Assembly: GCA_038325515.1 (NCBI GenBank)
Contig: JBBQJC010000011.1
Location: 6,025 to 70,024 of the forward strand
Length of the DNA: 64,000 nt
DNA from: Gemmatimonadales bacterium
GTDB taxonomy: Bacteria; Gemmatimonadota; Gemmatimonadetes; Gemmatimonadales; Gemmatimonadaceae
Direction of reading: 5' to 3'
Part shown: positions 9,125 through 18,157 of the stretch, piece after piece
Layout: each line of letters opens with the position of its first letter
Position numbering within the stretch: position 1 is the first letter of the stretch
Notes under the pieces: model-generated
Seen by the model: the letters and a program-made list of their open reading frames with translations, nothing else
Database searches by the model: none
Told to the model about the DNA's origin: nothing
Position numbers and translations under genes: made by a program

Positions 9125-9272
9125 GAAGTCCAGCGTGAACGGTGAACGGTGAACTTCAACAGCGTGAGGGGTCTGGAGTCTGGGGTGTGGGGTGACGGCG
9201 TTCGACCCGCGGTAACTCCACACTCCGAACCCCCAACCCCTCACGTCGTCAGCAGGGGCCGTGCACCGTTCA
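9121..9272. terminator. Composite hairpin region between convergent genes, same short-mer style as 6127..6220
   Basis: 'gtgagaagt' at 9121. 'gtgaacggtgaacggtgaac' (9135..9154) has the complement 'caccgttcac' at about 9263. 'gtgaggggt...ggggtgtgg' pairs with 'ccacactcc...aacccctcac' (9164..9244). Confidence 0.45.
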
Positions 9273-9288
9273 CAGATCAGATTCCCGC

Positions 9289-10554
9289 TCAGTCTTTCAG
9301 TCGTAGCGCTTTGGTAGTGAGGTAGTCCCGCTCGGGCGCGCTCGTCGTCTTGGCGGCGGCGGCGCGGTAGAGCGCGGCGGCCTCGTCACGGCGGCCGAGC
9401 CGCTCGAGGAGATGCGCGCGCACGGCGTCGAGGCGGTGGTGGCCGCCCAGCCGCGGATCGGCGTCGAGGGGGACGAGCATCTCCAGCCCCGCCTCGGGAC
9501 CATGCACCATCGCGCCCGCGACCGCCCGGTTGAGCGCCACCATCGGGTTGTCGGAGAGCGTGAGCAGCAGACCGTACAGCGCGAAGATCTGCGGCCAGTC
9601 GGTCTCCTCCACGCGCGACGCCTCGTCGTGCACCGCCGCGACCGCCGCCTGGAGCTGGTAGGCGCCTATCGCCCCGCGCGACATCGCCTCCGACACGAGC
9701 GCGATCCCCTCGGCGATCATCGCCCGGTCCCAGAGTGCGCGGTCCTGCTCGTCGAGCGGGATCAGCTCCCCATCGGGACCGACGCGCGCCGCACGGCGCG
9801 CGTCGGTCAGCAGCATGAGGGCAAGGAGCCCGGCCACTTCGCCATCCGACGGCAGCAGGGCGTGGACGGCGCGCGCGAGCCGGATCGCCTCGCTCGAGAG
9901 ATCGGTGCGCTGCAGCGAGTCGCCGGCGCTGCTCGAGTATCCCTCGCTGAAGACGAGATACAGCACGTGCAGCACGGAGCCGAGCCGCTCGGCGCGCTCC
10001 GCCGCATCGGGCATCGCGAAGGGGATGCCCGATGACCTGATGCTCTGCTTCGCGCGGCTGATCCGCTGCGCCATCGTCGCCTCGGGGACGAGGAAGGCGC
10101 TCGCGATCTCCGCCGTGGTGAGCCCGCCCACGGCGCGCAGCGTCAGCGCGATCGCCGACGACGGCGTCAGCGCGCGGTGGCAGCACATGAAGAGGAGCAC
10201 GAGGGTATCGTCTTTCTCCATCCCGATTGCCGAGTCGGGCGGGGGGACGAAGGGGACGTCGGCGGCGAGCTCGCCAGCGACGACCGCTTCGCGCCGGCGG
10301 CGCGACTGCTCGCTGCGCCGGTGGTCGGCCAGGCGGCGCAGCGCCACCTGGTAGAGCCATCCCGCCGGATTGGTTGGTGCGCCCACGACCGGCCACTGCT
10401 CCGCCGCGGCGATGAGCGCCTCCTGCACGGCGTCTTCAGCCTCGGCGAAGTCGCCGGAACGGCGCGCGACGGCGCCCAGCACCCGCGGCGCGAGATCGCG
10501 CAGCAGGTGCAGGGCGCTGTCGTCCGTGGATGCCGCCACGGCGCGCTGGGTCAT
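9289..10554 (-). CDS. ECF42-type sigma-70 family factor with long C-terminal TPR-like extension (copy 1)
   Basis: 421 aa. Sigma region 2 'AEDAVQEALIAAAEQWP...NPAGWLYQVALRRLADHRR'. Region 4 'GGLTTAEIASAFLVPEATMAQRISRAK'. A ~230-aa helical C-terminal extension follows. The start overlaps the stop of the upstream DGPF gene by 4 nt. Confidence 0.8.
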   Translation of the reverse strand: MTQRAVAASTDDSALHLLRDLAPRVLGAVARRSGDFAEAEDAVQEALIAAAEQWPVVGAPTNPAGWLYQVALRRLADHRRSEQSRRRREAVVAGELAADVPFVPPPDSAIGMEKDDTLVLLFMCCHRALTPSSAIALTLRAVGGLTTAEIASAFLVPEATMAQRISRAKQSIRSSGIPFAMPDAAERAERLGSVLHVLYLVFSEGYSSSAGDSLQRTDLSSEAIRLARAVHALLPSDGEVAGLLALMLLTDARRAARVGPDGELIPLDEQDRALWDRAMIAEGIALVSEAMSRGAIGAYQLQAAVAAVHDEASRVEETDWPQIFALYGLLLTLSDNPMVALNRAVAGAMVHGPEAGLEMLVPLDADPRLGGHHRLDAVRAHLLERLGRRDEAAALYRAAAAKTTSAPERDYLTTKALRLKD

Positions 10555-10946
10555 TCGTCCTTGGGGGGCCCGCTCAGCACCTGCCGCACCTCGATCGACA
10601 TGTTGAGCGGCGCGCCGCCCGGGCCGGGAGCAACCGAGGCCTGCGCCGCGAGCTCGTAGGCCCGCTCGGCGCTGTCCACCTCGATGATCCAGTAGCCGAC
10701 GAGGAACTCCTTCGTCTCGGGAAAGACCCCGTCGGTGATGGGGACGCCGTCCTTCCCCGCGCGAACCAGCTTCGCCTGCCCGGGGGCGGCGAGCCCCTGG
10801 GCATCCACCCGCTCACCCGCCGCGGCGAGTTGCTCGTTGAACCGGTGCATGAAGGCGATGTGCGCCTTGAAGTCCTCCGGAGCCCAGTCGGACACCGCGT
10901 AGACGCCGGTGCCGTGCGGGGCGTGCATCATCATCATGTAGCGCAT
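10551..10946 (-). CDS. YciI-like / DGPF-domain protein (copy 1)
   Basis: 'MRYMMMMHAP...' and 'ITDGVFPETKEFLVGYWIIEVDSAERAYELA' (DGPF-type motif). Translationally coupled to the sigma gene. Confidence 0.75.
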   Translation of the reverse strand: MRYMMMMHAPHGTGVYAVSDWAPEDFKAHIAFMHRFNEQLAAAGERVDAQGLAAPGQAKLVRAGKDGVPITDGVFPETKEFLVGYWIIEVDSAERAYELAAQASVAPGPGGAPLNMSIEVRQVLSGPPKDE

Positions 10947-11117
10947 GTCTCTCTCCTCGATCGTGGGGGCGGCTGGTGCGCCTCGTGGCGCGTTCACCGA
11001 CTAGTCGGAGCCGCCGGCCAGTTCTCGACATCGCCGCCGCGGTCGGGGTAATCTGGAGCCGGGAGCTATCTTTGCGTCAGACGGCCAGGCAAACCCGGAC
11101 GGGATTGGAGAACGAGC

Positions 11118-11390
11118 ATGTCACGCGCATTCCTCAGAGACGATGCGGAAGGGGAGATGCCCCGCCGCCACTACGACCTCCCCGAGCGGGACGACCCGGG
11201 CTACGACCGGGCGGCGGCGCGGGCGCTGCTCGAGGCGGCCCGCGTCAACGAGACCCAGCTCGCCGAGCGCGCGACCGGCTACTACTGGGGCGAGCCCCTG
11301 CTCCGGCCGTACGTGGAGGAGATTCGGGCGGAGGCCGAGCGGGCGGGCGATGACCGGTTGGAGCAGGTCGCGCGGCGGTACCTGCGGTGA
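11118..11390 (+). CDS. Hypothetical small protein (90 aa)
   Basis: Clean ATG ORF with coding-like composition. No recognisable motif. Confidence 0.4.
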   Translation: MSRAFLRDDAEGEMPRRHYDLPERDDPGYDRAAARALLEAARVNETQLAERATGYYWGEPLLRPYVEEIRAEAERAGDDRLEQVARRYLR

Positions 11391-11601
11391 ATGGACGAGA
11401 TGGGTCGTCATGGATGGCTGAGGACTGTCGACTGAGGACGTAAGACAGCAGACGGCGTTGGCCGTCATCTATCCTCTGCCATCGGCAGTCAGGCCTGAGT
11501 GGGGCACGGGCTACGCTCCGGCAGCGCAGTCCCGGCTGTCCGCCAATACCCGATAGCCCCGACTGCTCAACCATTGGAGCATCCAGTCATCCTTATCACT
11601 G

Positions 11602-12690
11602 GTGACTCCAATTCCCGGGCTCCTCCGCCGCACCCGCGCCCTGCTCGCCTCGGCCCTCCTGCTCGGCGCGTGCAGCGCGCGAGCCGCCTCCGCGCAGTGG
11701 GCCCCCGCCCGCTTCGACGTGACGCGCGATCCCTTCGCCGACCTGTGGTACCACGGCATGGCGGCGATCAACGGCACGAGCTATGGCCCGCTTCCGCTGT
11801 ACGACGCGGGGTATCCAGGCGACGTCCGTGAGACGAAGCGGCGGCGCGCCCTCGTCACACCGCTCGATTCGTCGGTGGCGGCGCTGCGCGCCGCCTTCTC
11901 GTCAGACAGCGCCTTCGACGTCCTGCACTTCGTCCCGGCGTACTTCGTAGGCGAGGATCCGGTCGCGGTGCTCGCATCGCTGCGGTCAGCGTTCACGGGG
12001 CACGGGGCCACATCCGGCCGCGCGCCGCCTTCGGGACTCGATGCGCGCGCCGCCGTGGTGGCGCGGTCGTTCGCCTCGTCTCGACAACGCCAGACCGTCG
12101 TTGTCCTCCTCGATGCTCTCGCCGCCGAGTGGCGGGCCTTCGTCCGCGACGATCGCGTCGAGCGCGGCCCTTCGCCCCGCGCCCTCGAGGCGCTCCGCCG
12201 CGACTGGGACGTGCGGTTCGCCGCCCCGCTTGGCGAGTATCTCGCCGACGCCGGCCACGCGCGCGGCGTGATCGTGGTGTCGCCGGCGGTGGGAGCGGAG
12301 GGACGCATCGTCGCACCGCGCGGGGGCCGCGTCGTCGTGATCGTCGGGGCGCACCGCGACGCCGGGGTCACCGGTGCGCCGCTGCTCGCCGCGGTGCGAG
12401 AGCTCGCCTTCCCCCTGCTCGACCGTGTGCCGCCGCTCGCCGAGAGCGCGGGGGGGGATCGTCTCGCCGCCGAGCGGCGCCGCGAGATCGCGGCCGTGCG
12501 GGGAGGAGCGATGCTGCTGGAGTCCGTCGCACCGGCGCTGGTGCCCTCGTACGAGCGCCTCTACCTGGCCGTCGCCGGCGGACGGCCGACGCGCGATTTC
12601 GCGCGAGCATTTCCACTGGACATCGAGACGGAGACCGCGCTGCGCGCGGCGACCGCTCGCTACTCGCAGCACGGAGGAATCGGACGATGA
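11602..12690 (+). CDS. Hypothetical secreted protein
   Basis: GTG start. Signal-like 'LLRRTRALLASALLLGACSARAASAQ'. The stop overlaps the start of the next gene (ATGA). Confidence 0.5.
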   Translation: MTPIPGLLRRTRALLASALLLGACSARAASAQWAPARFDVTRDPFADLWYHGMAAINGTSYGPLPLYDAGYPGDVRETKRRRALVTPLDSSVAALRAAFSSDSAFDVLHFVPAYFVGEDPVAVLASLRSAFTGHGATSGRAPPSGLDARAAVVARSFASSRQRQTVVVLLDALAAEWRAFVRDDRVERGPSPRALEALRRDWDVRFAAPLGEYLADAGHARGVIVVSPAVGAEGRIVAPRGGRVVVIVGAHRDAGVTGAPLLAAVRELAFPLLDRVPPLAESAGGDRLAAERRREIAAVRGGAMLLESVAPALVPSYERLYLAVAGGRPTRDFARAFPLDIETETALRAATARYSQHGGIGR

Positions 12691-14024
12691 CGCATAGACA
12701 GCTGCCTTCTGTCGTGGCGCTTCTCGCACTGCTGGCGGTTCCGCGGTCGGCGGCGCTCGCCACCGACGGCCACTTCCTCCATGGCGTCGGCGCGATCAAC
12801 TCGTCGATGGGGGGCGTCGGGGTGGCGTCGCCGAGCAGCATCCTCGGCGCGTTCTACCTCAACCCCGCCGGACTGCTCGCCTTTCACGGTACGGCCATCG
12901 AGCTCGGCTTCGAGCTGTTCAAGCCCGACCGCACCCTCTCGAGCACCGCGGGACCGAACAGCGGCTCGACGCGCAGCACCAGCCAGTTCGTCCCCGTTCC
13001 CGCGTTCGGGTGGAGTCGCGAGGTGATCGACGAGAAGCTCGTCGTCGGGGTGGGCGGGCTGGGCATCGGCGGGTTCGGCGTCGACTATCCAGTGGATCCG
13101 ACCAATCCCGTCCTCGCGCCGCGGCCGTTCGGCTTCGGGGAGATCTTCAGCAACTTCTCGCTTATGAAGATCATTCCCGGCGCCGCCTGGCAGGCGACCG
13201 ACAAGCTGCGGCTCGGTGGCGCGATCAATCTGGACTGGGCGTCGCTGGCCGTCGATCCGATGCCGGTTGCCGCGCCGGCGGTGGACCCGGGGCCTGACCG
13301 CGTGCCCGGCACCGCGGACGACCGTGCCTACTACTCTCGCGCCACCGACGCCTACGGGGCCTTCGGCATCGGCGCGCAGCTCGGCCTGCAGTACGCGTTC
13401 GACCCCGACATCGCGATCGGTCTCGCGTACACCACGCCGCAGCGGTTCCACCAGTTCGAGTACAACGCCGTCTATGAGAACCCCAACCTCCCGAACTTCA
13501 ACACGCCGCGCGTGATCAGGTTCGCGATGGACGTTCCCGCGGTGTACGCGGCCGGCGTCGCCTTCAGCATGGGCGACGAGCTCACGCTGGGGCTCGACGC
13601 GAAGTATCTGACCTACGCGAGCACGCGCGGCTTCAAGGAGTCGGGCTTCGCGGCCGACGGCTCGGTCAAGGGGTTCGGGTGGAAGGACATCTGGAGCGTC
13701 GCGACCGGGGCGCAGCTCCGCCCCACGAGCCGGACGGCGCTCCGCGTCGGCTACAACTACTCGGGCAACCCCATTCCGCCCGAGCTCTCGATGTTCAACA
13801 CGGCGGCACCGGCGATCATCAAGCATCACGTCACGTTCGGCGCGGGCTACCTGTTCGACGGCTTCGGCGTCGACGTCGGCTACTACCACGCCTTCCGCAA
13901 CAGCATCACCGGCCCCTTCCAGACGCTGGGCGGCCCGGCGCCAGGCACCTCGGTCACGAGCGCGATGTCGGAGAACTCGTTCCAGATCGGGGTCACGTAC
14001 AACCCGAAGCGCGGCGCGCGCTGA
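12687..14024 (+). CDS. Outer-membrane transport protein, OMPP1/FadL/TodX family
   Basis: Only the part from the internal Met 'MTHRQLPSVVALLALLAVPRSAALA' of ORF 12129..14024 is used. 'GHFLHGVGAINSSMGGVGVASPSSILGAFYLNPAGL' is a typical FadL-family N-terminus. Alternating beta-strand pattern runs to the C-terminus. Confidence 0.75.
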   Translation: MTHRQLPSVVALLALLAVPRSAALATDGHFLHGVGAINSSMGGVGVASPSSILGAFYLNPAGLLAFHGTAIELGFELFKPDRTLSSTAGPNSGSTRSTSQFVPVPAFGWSREVIDEKLVVGVGGLGIGGFGVDYPVDPTNPVLAPRPFGFGEIFSNFSLMKIIPGAAWQATDKLRLGGAINLDWASLAVDPMPVAAPAVDPGPDRVPGTADDRAYYSRATDAYGAFGIGAQLGLQYAFDPDIAIGLAYTTPQRFHQFEYNAVYENPNLPNFNTPRVIRFAMDVPAVYAAGVAFSMGDELTLGLDAKYLTYASTRGFKESGFAADGSVKGFGWKDIWSVATGAQLRPTSRTALRVGYNYSGNPIPPELSMFNTAAPAIIKHHVTFGAGYLFDGFGVDVGYYHAFRNSITGPFQTLGGPAPGTSVTSAMSENSFQIGVTYNPKRGAR

Positions 14025-14298
14025 GCTCGTTCGCGGCGGGCAACAGCGGGAGAGCGAATCACACGACTTCAACGAAGCAGTGCCGAATACTCCAGCCGTG
14101 CGCACCAGCCCATTCGGCAGCTTTCGGTTCATTCGCTGGATTCGTTCTCACGCTGTGGTTCAGCAACAGCAACCGCGAGGAGCTGGATCCGCCGCACATG
14201 TCCCCCTTTGCCGGACAGCAAGGCCGCCGTCGGGCCGATAGTATATCACCATCCGTTCATATGGTAGCACCACTGGAGCAAGCACGGGAAGGTGACCG

Positions 14299-15615
14299 AT
14301 GACGAAGATCGTGATCCTCGGGGCCGGCACCGCCGGCACCATCATGGCCAACCGGCTCCGCCGGATCTTCTCACGGCAGATCCGCGAGGGACGCACCGGG
14401 ATCGTCGTGGTCGACACCGACGAGAGGCACATCTACCAGCCGGGACTCCTCTTCCTCCCCTTCGGCCTGTACGAGCCGACGCAGCTCGTGAAGCAGAAGC
14501 GGCGGCAGGTGCATCCCGACGTGACCTATCTGGCCGCGACGGTCGAGCGCGTCGATGCCAAGCTCCGCGAGGTGCACCTCGGCCAGGAGGTCGTGCTTCA
14601 GTACGACGTCCTGATCATCGCGACGGGGGCGCGTATCGCGCCGAACGAGACCGAGGGACTCACCGGACCGGGCTGGGGGGAGCGGATGCACGAGTTCTAT
14701 TCCCTCGAGGGGGCGACCAGGCTGCGCGACGCGCTCGCCCGCTTCGAGGGGGGGAGCCTGGTGATCGACATCGTCGAGATGCCGATCAAGTGTCCCGTCG
14801 CGCCCCTCGAATTCGCCTTCCTCGCCGACTGGTACTTCACCCAGCGCGGCATCCGCGACCGCGTCGACATCACCTACGTCACCCCGCTCGACGGCGCCTT
14901 CACGAAGGCGACCTGCTCCAGGGCGCTCACTCATCTGCTCGCCGAGAAGCGGATCAACCTCGAGACGGAGTTCAGTGCCGGGCGCGCCGACGGCGTGGCG
15001 GGGGTGCTCCACTCCTGGGACGAGCGCGAGATCCCCTTCGACCTCCTCGTGACGGTCCCGCTGCACATGGGGGCGGAGTTCGTCGCGCGCTCGCCGGGCC
15101 TGGGCGACGACATGGGGTTCGTGCGCACCGATCCCCACACGCTGCAGTCGCTGGTGTCGCCCGACATCTTCGCCATCGGCGACGCGACGAACGTCCCCGC
15201 CTCGAAGGCGGGATCCGTCGCGCACTTCGAAGCCGAGGTGCTGGCGGACAACGTGCGCCGCTTCGTGAGCGGACTGCCGCTGGAGGCAGGCTACGACGGT
15301 CACGCCAACTGCTTCATCGAGACGGGGTTCGACAAGGCGCTGCTCATCGACTTCAACTACGACGTGGAGCCGCTGGCCGGCACCTTCCCCATCCCGGGGA
15401 TCGGCCCGATGCACCTGCTCGAGGAGTCCCGGCTCAACCATCTGGGCAAGCTCGCCTTCCGGTGGGTCTACTGGAACGTGCTGCTGCCCGGCCACGACAT
15501 CCCCGGCGTCGGCGCGCGCATGTCGATGCGCGGCAAGCGCGGGGGTGCTGCACCGCCGTCCCTCACCACACCAACCGGGAGCCGGCCGCGCGAAGTGGCC
15601 GGGAGCACGCCATGA
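14299..15615 (+). CDS. FAD-dependent sulfide:quinone oxidoreductase-like flavoprotein
   Basis: Rossmann start 'KIVILGAGTAGTIMA'. 'MPIKCPVAPLEFAF' and 'IFAIGDATNVPASKAGSVAHFEA' are typical of SQR-family enzymes. Confidence 0.8.
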   Translation: MTKIVILGAGTAGTIMANRLRRIFSRQIREGRTGIVVVDTDERHIYQPGLLFLPFGLYEPTQLVKQKRRQVHPDVTYLAATVERVDAKLREVHLGQEVVLQYDVLIIATGARIAPNETEGLTGPGWGERMHEFYSLEGATRLRDALARFEGGSLVIDIVEMPIKCPVAPLEFAFLADWYFTQRGIRDRVDITYVTPLDGAFTKATCSRALTHLLAEKRINLETEFSAGRADGVAGVLHSWDEREIPFDLLVTVPLHMGAEFVARSPGLGDDMGFVRTDPHTLQSLVSPDIFAIGDATNVPASKAGSVAHFEAEVLADNVRRFVSGLPLEAGYDGHANCFIETGFDKALLIDFNYDVEPLAGTFPIPGIGPMHLLEESRLNHLGKLAFRWVYWNVLLPGHDIPGVGARMSMRGKRGGAAPPSLTTPTGSRPREVAGSTP

Positions 15616-15926
15616 CGACGACCATCACGGGCGAGCCACTCGTCCTCGATCCTGAAGGATTCCTGCAGAAGCCCGAACAATGGACGACGGAGATCGGCGA
15701 GGAGTTCGCGCGCGCCGCCGGCGTCTGGCCGCTGAGCGACCGGCACTGGCAGGTGATCCGCTTCATGCGCAGCCGCTTCCTCGAGACGGGCCAGGCGCCC
15801 TCCATCCGCACCCTCGGGAAGGAGTCGGGAGTGCCGGTGAAGGAGCTCTACCAACTCTTCCCCAAGGGTCCCGCCAAGCTCGCGGCGAAGATCGGCGGGA
15901 TCCCGAAGCCCCACGGCTGCATCTGA
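15612..15926 (+). CDS. TusE/DsrC-family sulfur-relay protein (single C-terminal Cys type)
   Basis: Frame of ORF 14292..15926 taken from 'MTTTITGEPLVLDPEGFL'. 'WPLSDRHWQVIRFMRSRFLETGQAPSIR' and C-terminal 'IPKPHGCI'. ATGA overlap with the SQR-like gene. Confidence 0.8.
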   Translation: MTTTITGEPLVLDPEGFLQKPEQWTTEIGEEFARAAGVWPLSDRHWQVIRFMRSRFLETGQAPSIRTLGKESGVPVKELYQLFPKGPAKLAAKIGGIPKPHGCI

Positions 15927-15936
15927 CGGAGGCACC

Positions 15937-16404
15937 ATGACGGACACGATCGAGAAGGTCTCCATCATCGTCTCGAAGGGCTCCTTCGAGGGGATCTATC
16001 CCGCGCTCATCCTCGCCAACGGCGCGCGCATGGAAGGGATCGAGGCCAATGTCTTCTTCACCTTCTTCGGGATGGACGCGATCAACAAGAAGCACTACGA
16101 GCACCTGAAGGTCGCGACGGTGGGCAATCCCGGGCTCCACATCCCGACGATGCTCGGGGGGCTGCCGGGGATGTCGTCGTTCGTGACGCATCAGATGGAG
16201 AAGAAGATGGCGGAGCTGGACATCCCCCCGGTGCCCGAGTTCGTGACGCTCATCGCCGATTCGGGGGCGAAGCTCTACGCGTGCAAGGTGTCCGTCGACA
16301 TGTTCGACCTGTCGCGCGACGACATGATCGAGGAGGTGGAGGGGATCATCACCGTCGGGGAGTTCTATCAGCTCGCCGCGGGGGGACAGATCATCTTCAC
16401 CTAG
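15937..16404 (+). CDS. DsrE/DsrF-like (COG2210-type) sulfur-carrier family protein
   Basis: 'KVSIIVSKGSFEGIYPALILANGARMEGIEANVFFTFFGMDAI' and 'GAKLYACKVSVDMF'. Confidence 0.7.
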   Translation: MTDTIEKVSIIVSKGSFEGIYPALILANGARMEGIEANVFFTFFGMDAINKKHYEHLKVATVGNPGLHIPTMLGGLPGMSSFVTHQMEKKMAELDIPPVPEFVTLIADSGAKLYACKVSVDMFDLSRDDMIEEVEGIITVGEFYQLAAGGQIIFT

Positions 16405-16442
16405 ATCGGTGACCGCAGGCGCGGGACGTCGGCCAGCGATCG

Positions 16443-16937
16443 CTACACGATGCGTGTCGTGACCGAGAGCTGGCCGACGTGCCGCATCGCGTGCTCGGCG
16501 CCGTGCACGAGGCAGCCGATGACGGTCGACGGAAGCTGCGCGCGCCCCACGCCGCGAAAGTCGCCGAGCGTGGCGACATCGGTGGCACGAAGCTGGGCGA
16601 GGGCTGTGTCGACCCGCGCATCGAGGGCGCCGAGCGCCGCCGCGACGTCGGCAGCGGGCATCGGCTCGCCCTCGGTGCCGAGCTCGGCGAACTGCGCCGG
16701 CGACAGCGCCTCGCCGCGCGCGTATGTGAAGAGCCGGTCGATCACCCCGGTGATGTGCCGCACGTGAAACGCCGCGGAGGCGACGCCGCGAGGGCGCGCG
16801 TTCCACTGGGTCTCGGTCAGCGGCGCAACGAGCGCGCCGACGCTCTCGCGCACCTGCAGAAGGATGTGCGCCACGGGCTGCAGCAGGTCCGGGATCCCAT
16901 CGACCGGCCCGCGCTGCCACCATTCGGTCTTCGCCAT
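16443..16937 (-). CDS. DinB-family protein
   Basis: His triad context 'AFHVRHITGVIDRL' ... 'LVHGAEHAMRHVGQL'. Confidence 0.75.
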   Translation of the reverse strand: MAKTEWWQRGPVDGIPDLLQPVAHILLQVRESVGALVAPLTETQWNARPRGVASAAFHVRHITGVIDRLFTYARGEALSPAQFAELGTEGEPMPAADVAAALGALDARVDTALAQLRATDVATLGDFRGVGRAQLPSTVIGCLVHGAEHAMRHVGQLSVTTRIV

Positions 16938-17027
16938 GTCGTCTCCGTCGTGGATGCATCTGGGTTGAAGTCATGAGTACGGCGAAGCTCTGGGTCCGTC
17001 AATCCTGGCGGTCCGCGGTGGAGAGTG

Positions 17028-17061
17028 GATCCACCCAGGCGCTTGTCGCCTGCGGGATGAC
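17028..17061 (-). repeat. REP-like palindromic element (family member 2, degenerate)
   Basis: 'gatccacccaggcgcttgtcgcctgcgggatgac' aligns with the 4002..4036 copy. Confidence 0.5.
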
Positions 17062-17102
17062 ACGACAGGGTAGGGCGCAAGGCTGGTTGGACACGCAGGG
17101 GT

Positions 17103-17200
17103 CACGAACCGATTCACCACGAAGGGCACGGAGGACTGCGCCGTTCCTCCGTGCCCTCCGTGCCCTCCGTCTCCTCCGTGGTGGATTCGGTTTCACCCCG
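17103..17200. terminator. Hairpin/tandem region built from CACGGAGGA units and complements
   Basis: Perfect 10-bp stem gcacggagga (17126..17135) / tcctccgtgc (17145..17154) with a 9-nt loop. Flanked by ccctccgtg repeats and the outer arms gattcaccacg / cgtggtggattc. Lies after the stop (17267) of a minus-strand gene. Confidence 0.5.
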
Positions 17201-17266
17201 CATACCGCACGATGGACGGCGCCGTTCCTCCGTCCTGCCTGCTCCATGTGATCGTGCATCGGTGAC

Positions 17267-18076
17267 TCAGCCTCGCGGCATCGCCCGCTGGACGCTTACC
17301 GGCGCGCCGGAGCTGGAGCTGGAGCTCGTTCCCTCCGGACAGTAGCCGAGCAGGCACCTTATCACTTCCCCGGTGCTCCGGGTGCTCCGCTGCGGTGTCG
17401 CCCCCTGCAGCCGCTGCGCCGGCACCGTCCTCGCCTCGCTCGCACGGCGGCCGCGCTGCAGCGTGACGGCCGGCACGAAGATGACGTTGCGCTGCCGCAA
17501 TCCGAGCGCCGGCCGGTCGTAGTAGATCCCGAGCTCGGGGCGCACGGTGAATGAGGCGTCGCCGAACTGGAAGCCGCCGAAGGCGCCGAGGGTCGGCGAA
17601 TCGCGCACCGCCGTCGTCGTGATGGGAACGACGTGCATGGCGCGCAGCCCGCCGAAGGGCGTCATCGAGCTCGACTCGTCGCCCGACGCGATGAGCGTCG
17701 CCTCGAAATGCAGATGCTCGCCCCCGTTCACGATCCCGCTCCCGACCATCCAGGCCACGGCGGGCTTGCCGGCGGGGGCGTCGCCGACGCGGTGCTTGTA
17801 GTTCAGCACGACGCCGGCCGGGGTGAGCCTGACGCCGACGTCGCTCCGCGCGTCCACCCCGTGGCGCCACTCGTTGTCAACGCCGTACATCGGCGCGGCC
17901 AGGGTGTCCTCGGGGCGTGCGAAGGCGTTCGGGACGAAGTACCACGAGGTCGTGTGCGTCGTCTGGCCGTCGGGGACGGTCTGGGCCGTGGAGCCCACCG
18001 TGTAGGGGATGCAGGCGGTGGCGCCGAGGAGGACGGGCAGGGCGACGAGGGCGAGACGGACGATGGCGGTGCGCAT
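17267..18076 (-). CDS. Hypothetical lipoprotein / outer-membrane-associated protein
   Basis: 'MRTAIVRLALVALPVLLGATAC' (signal plus Cys). Beta-rich composition. Confidence 0.55.
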   Translation of the reverse strand: MRTAIVRLALVALPVLLGATACIPYTVGSTAQTVPDGQTTHTTSWYFVPNAFARPEDTLAAPMYGVDNEWRHGVDARSDVGVRLTPAGVVLNYKHRVGDAPAGKPAVAWMVGSGIVNGGEHLHFEATLIASGDESSSMTPFGGLRAMHVVPITTTAVRDSPTLGAFGGFQFGDASFTVRPELGIYYDRPALGLRQRNVIFVPAVTLQRGRRASEARTVPAQRLQGATPQRSTRSTGEVIRCLLGYCPEGTSSSSSSGAPVSVQRAMPRG

Positions 18077-18157
18077 GAGAAGCTCCCGTTGGGGTGACGG
18101 AAGCAGGGTACGGCCGCCGGGCAGGGCGCTCCATACGTAGGATGACGTAGTGGGCCC

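Noticed and set aside
6347-9244. 965-aa minus-strand ORF spanning the S51 and M1 peptidase genes. Similar very long ORFs occur at 4..1380(-), 4544..6130(+), 6148..7557(+), 12660..14132(-), 18239..20611(+), 25741..27759(-), 34239..35780(+), 35731..37359(+), 40035..41735(+), 43433..45343(-) and 61492..63381(-).
   Set aside because: These are antisense or alternate-frame shadows of genes with clear family motifs. Their translations are Arg/Gly/Ala/Pro-rich low-complexity strings with no motifs. Such open frames are expected by chance at about 75% GC.
12129-12686. 186-codon N-terminal extension of the FadL-like ORF, and the analogous extensions 14292..15611, 36622..37884 (upstream part), 4572..4823 and 6089..6220.
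   Set aside because: The extensions are Arg/Pro/Ala-rich, overlap the preceding real gene, and precede an internal Met followed by a proper signal peptide or conserved N-terminus.
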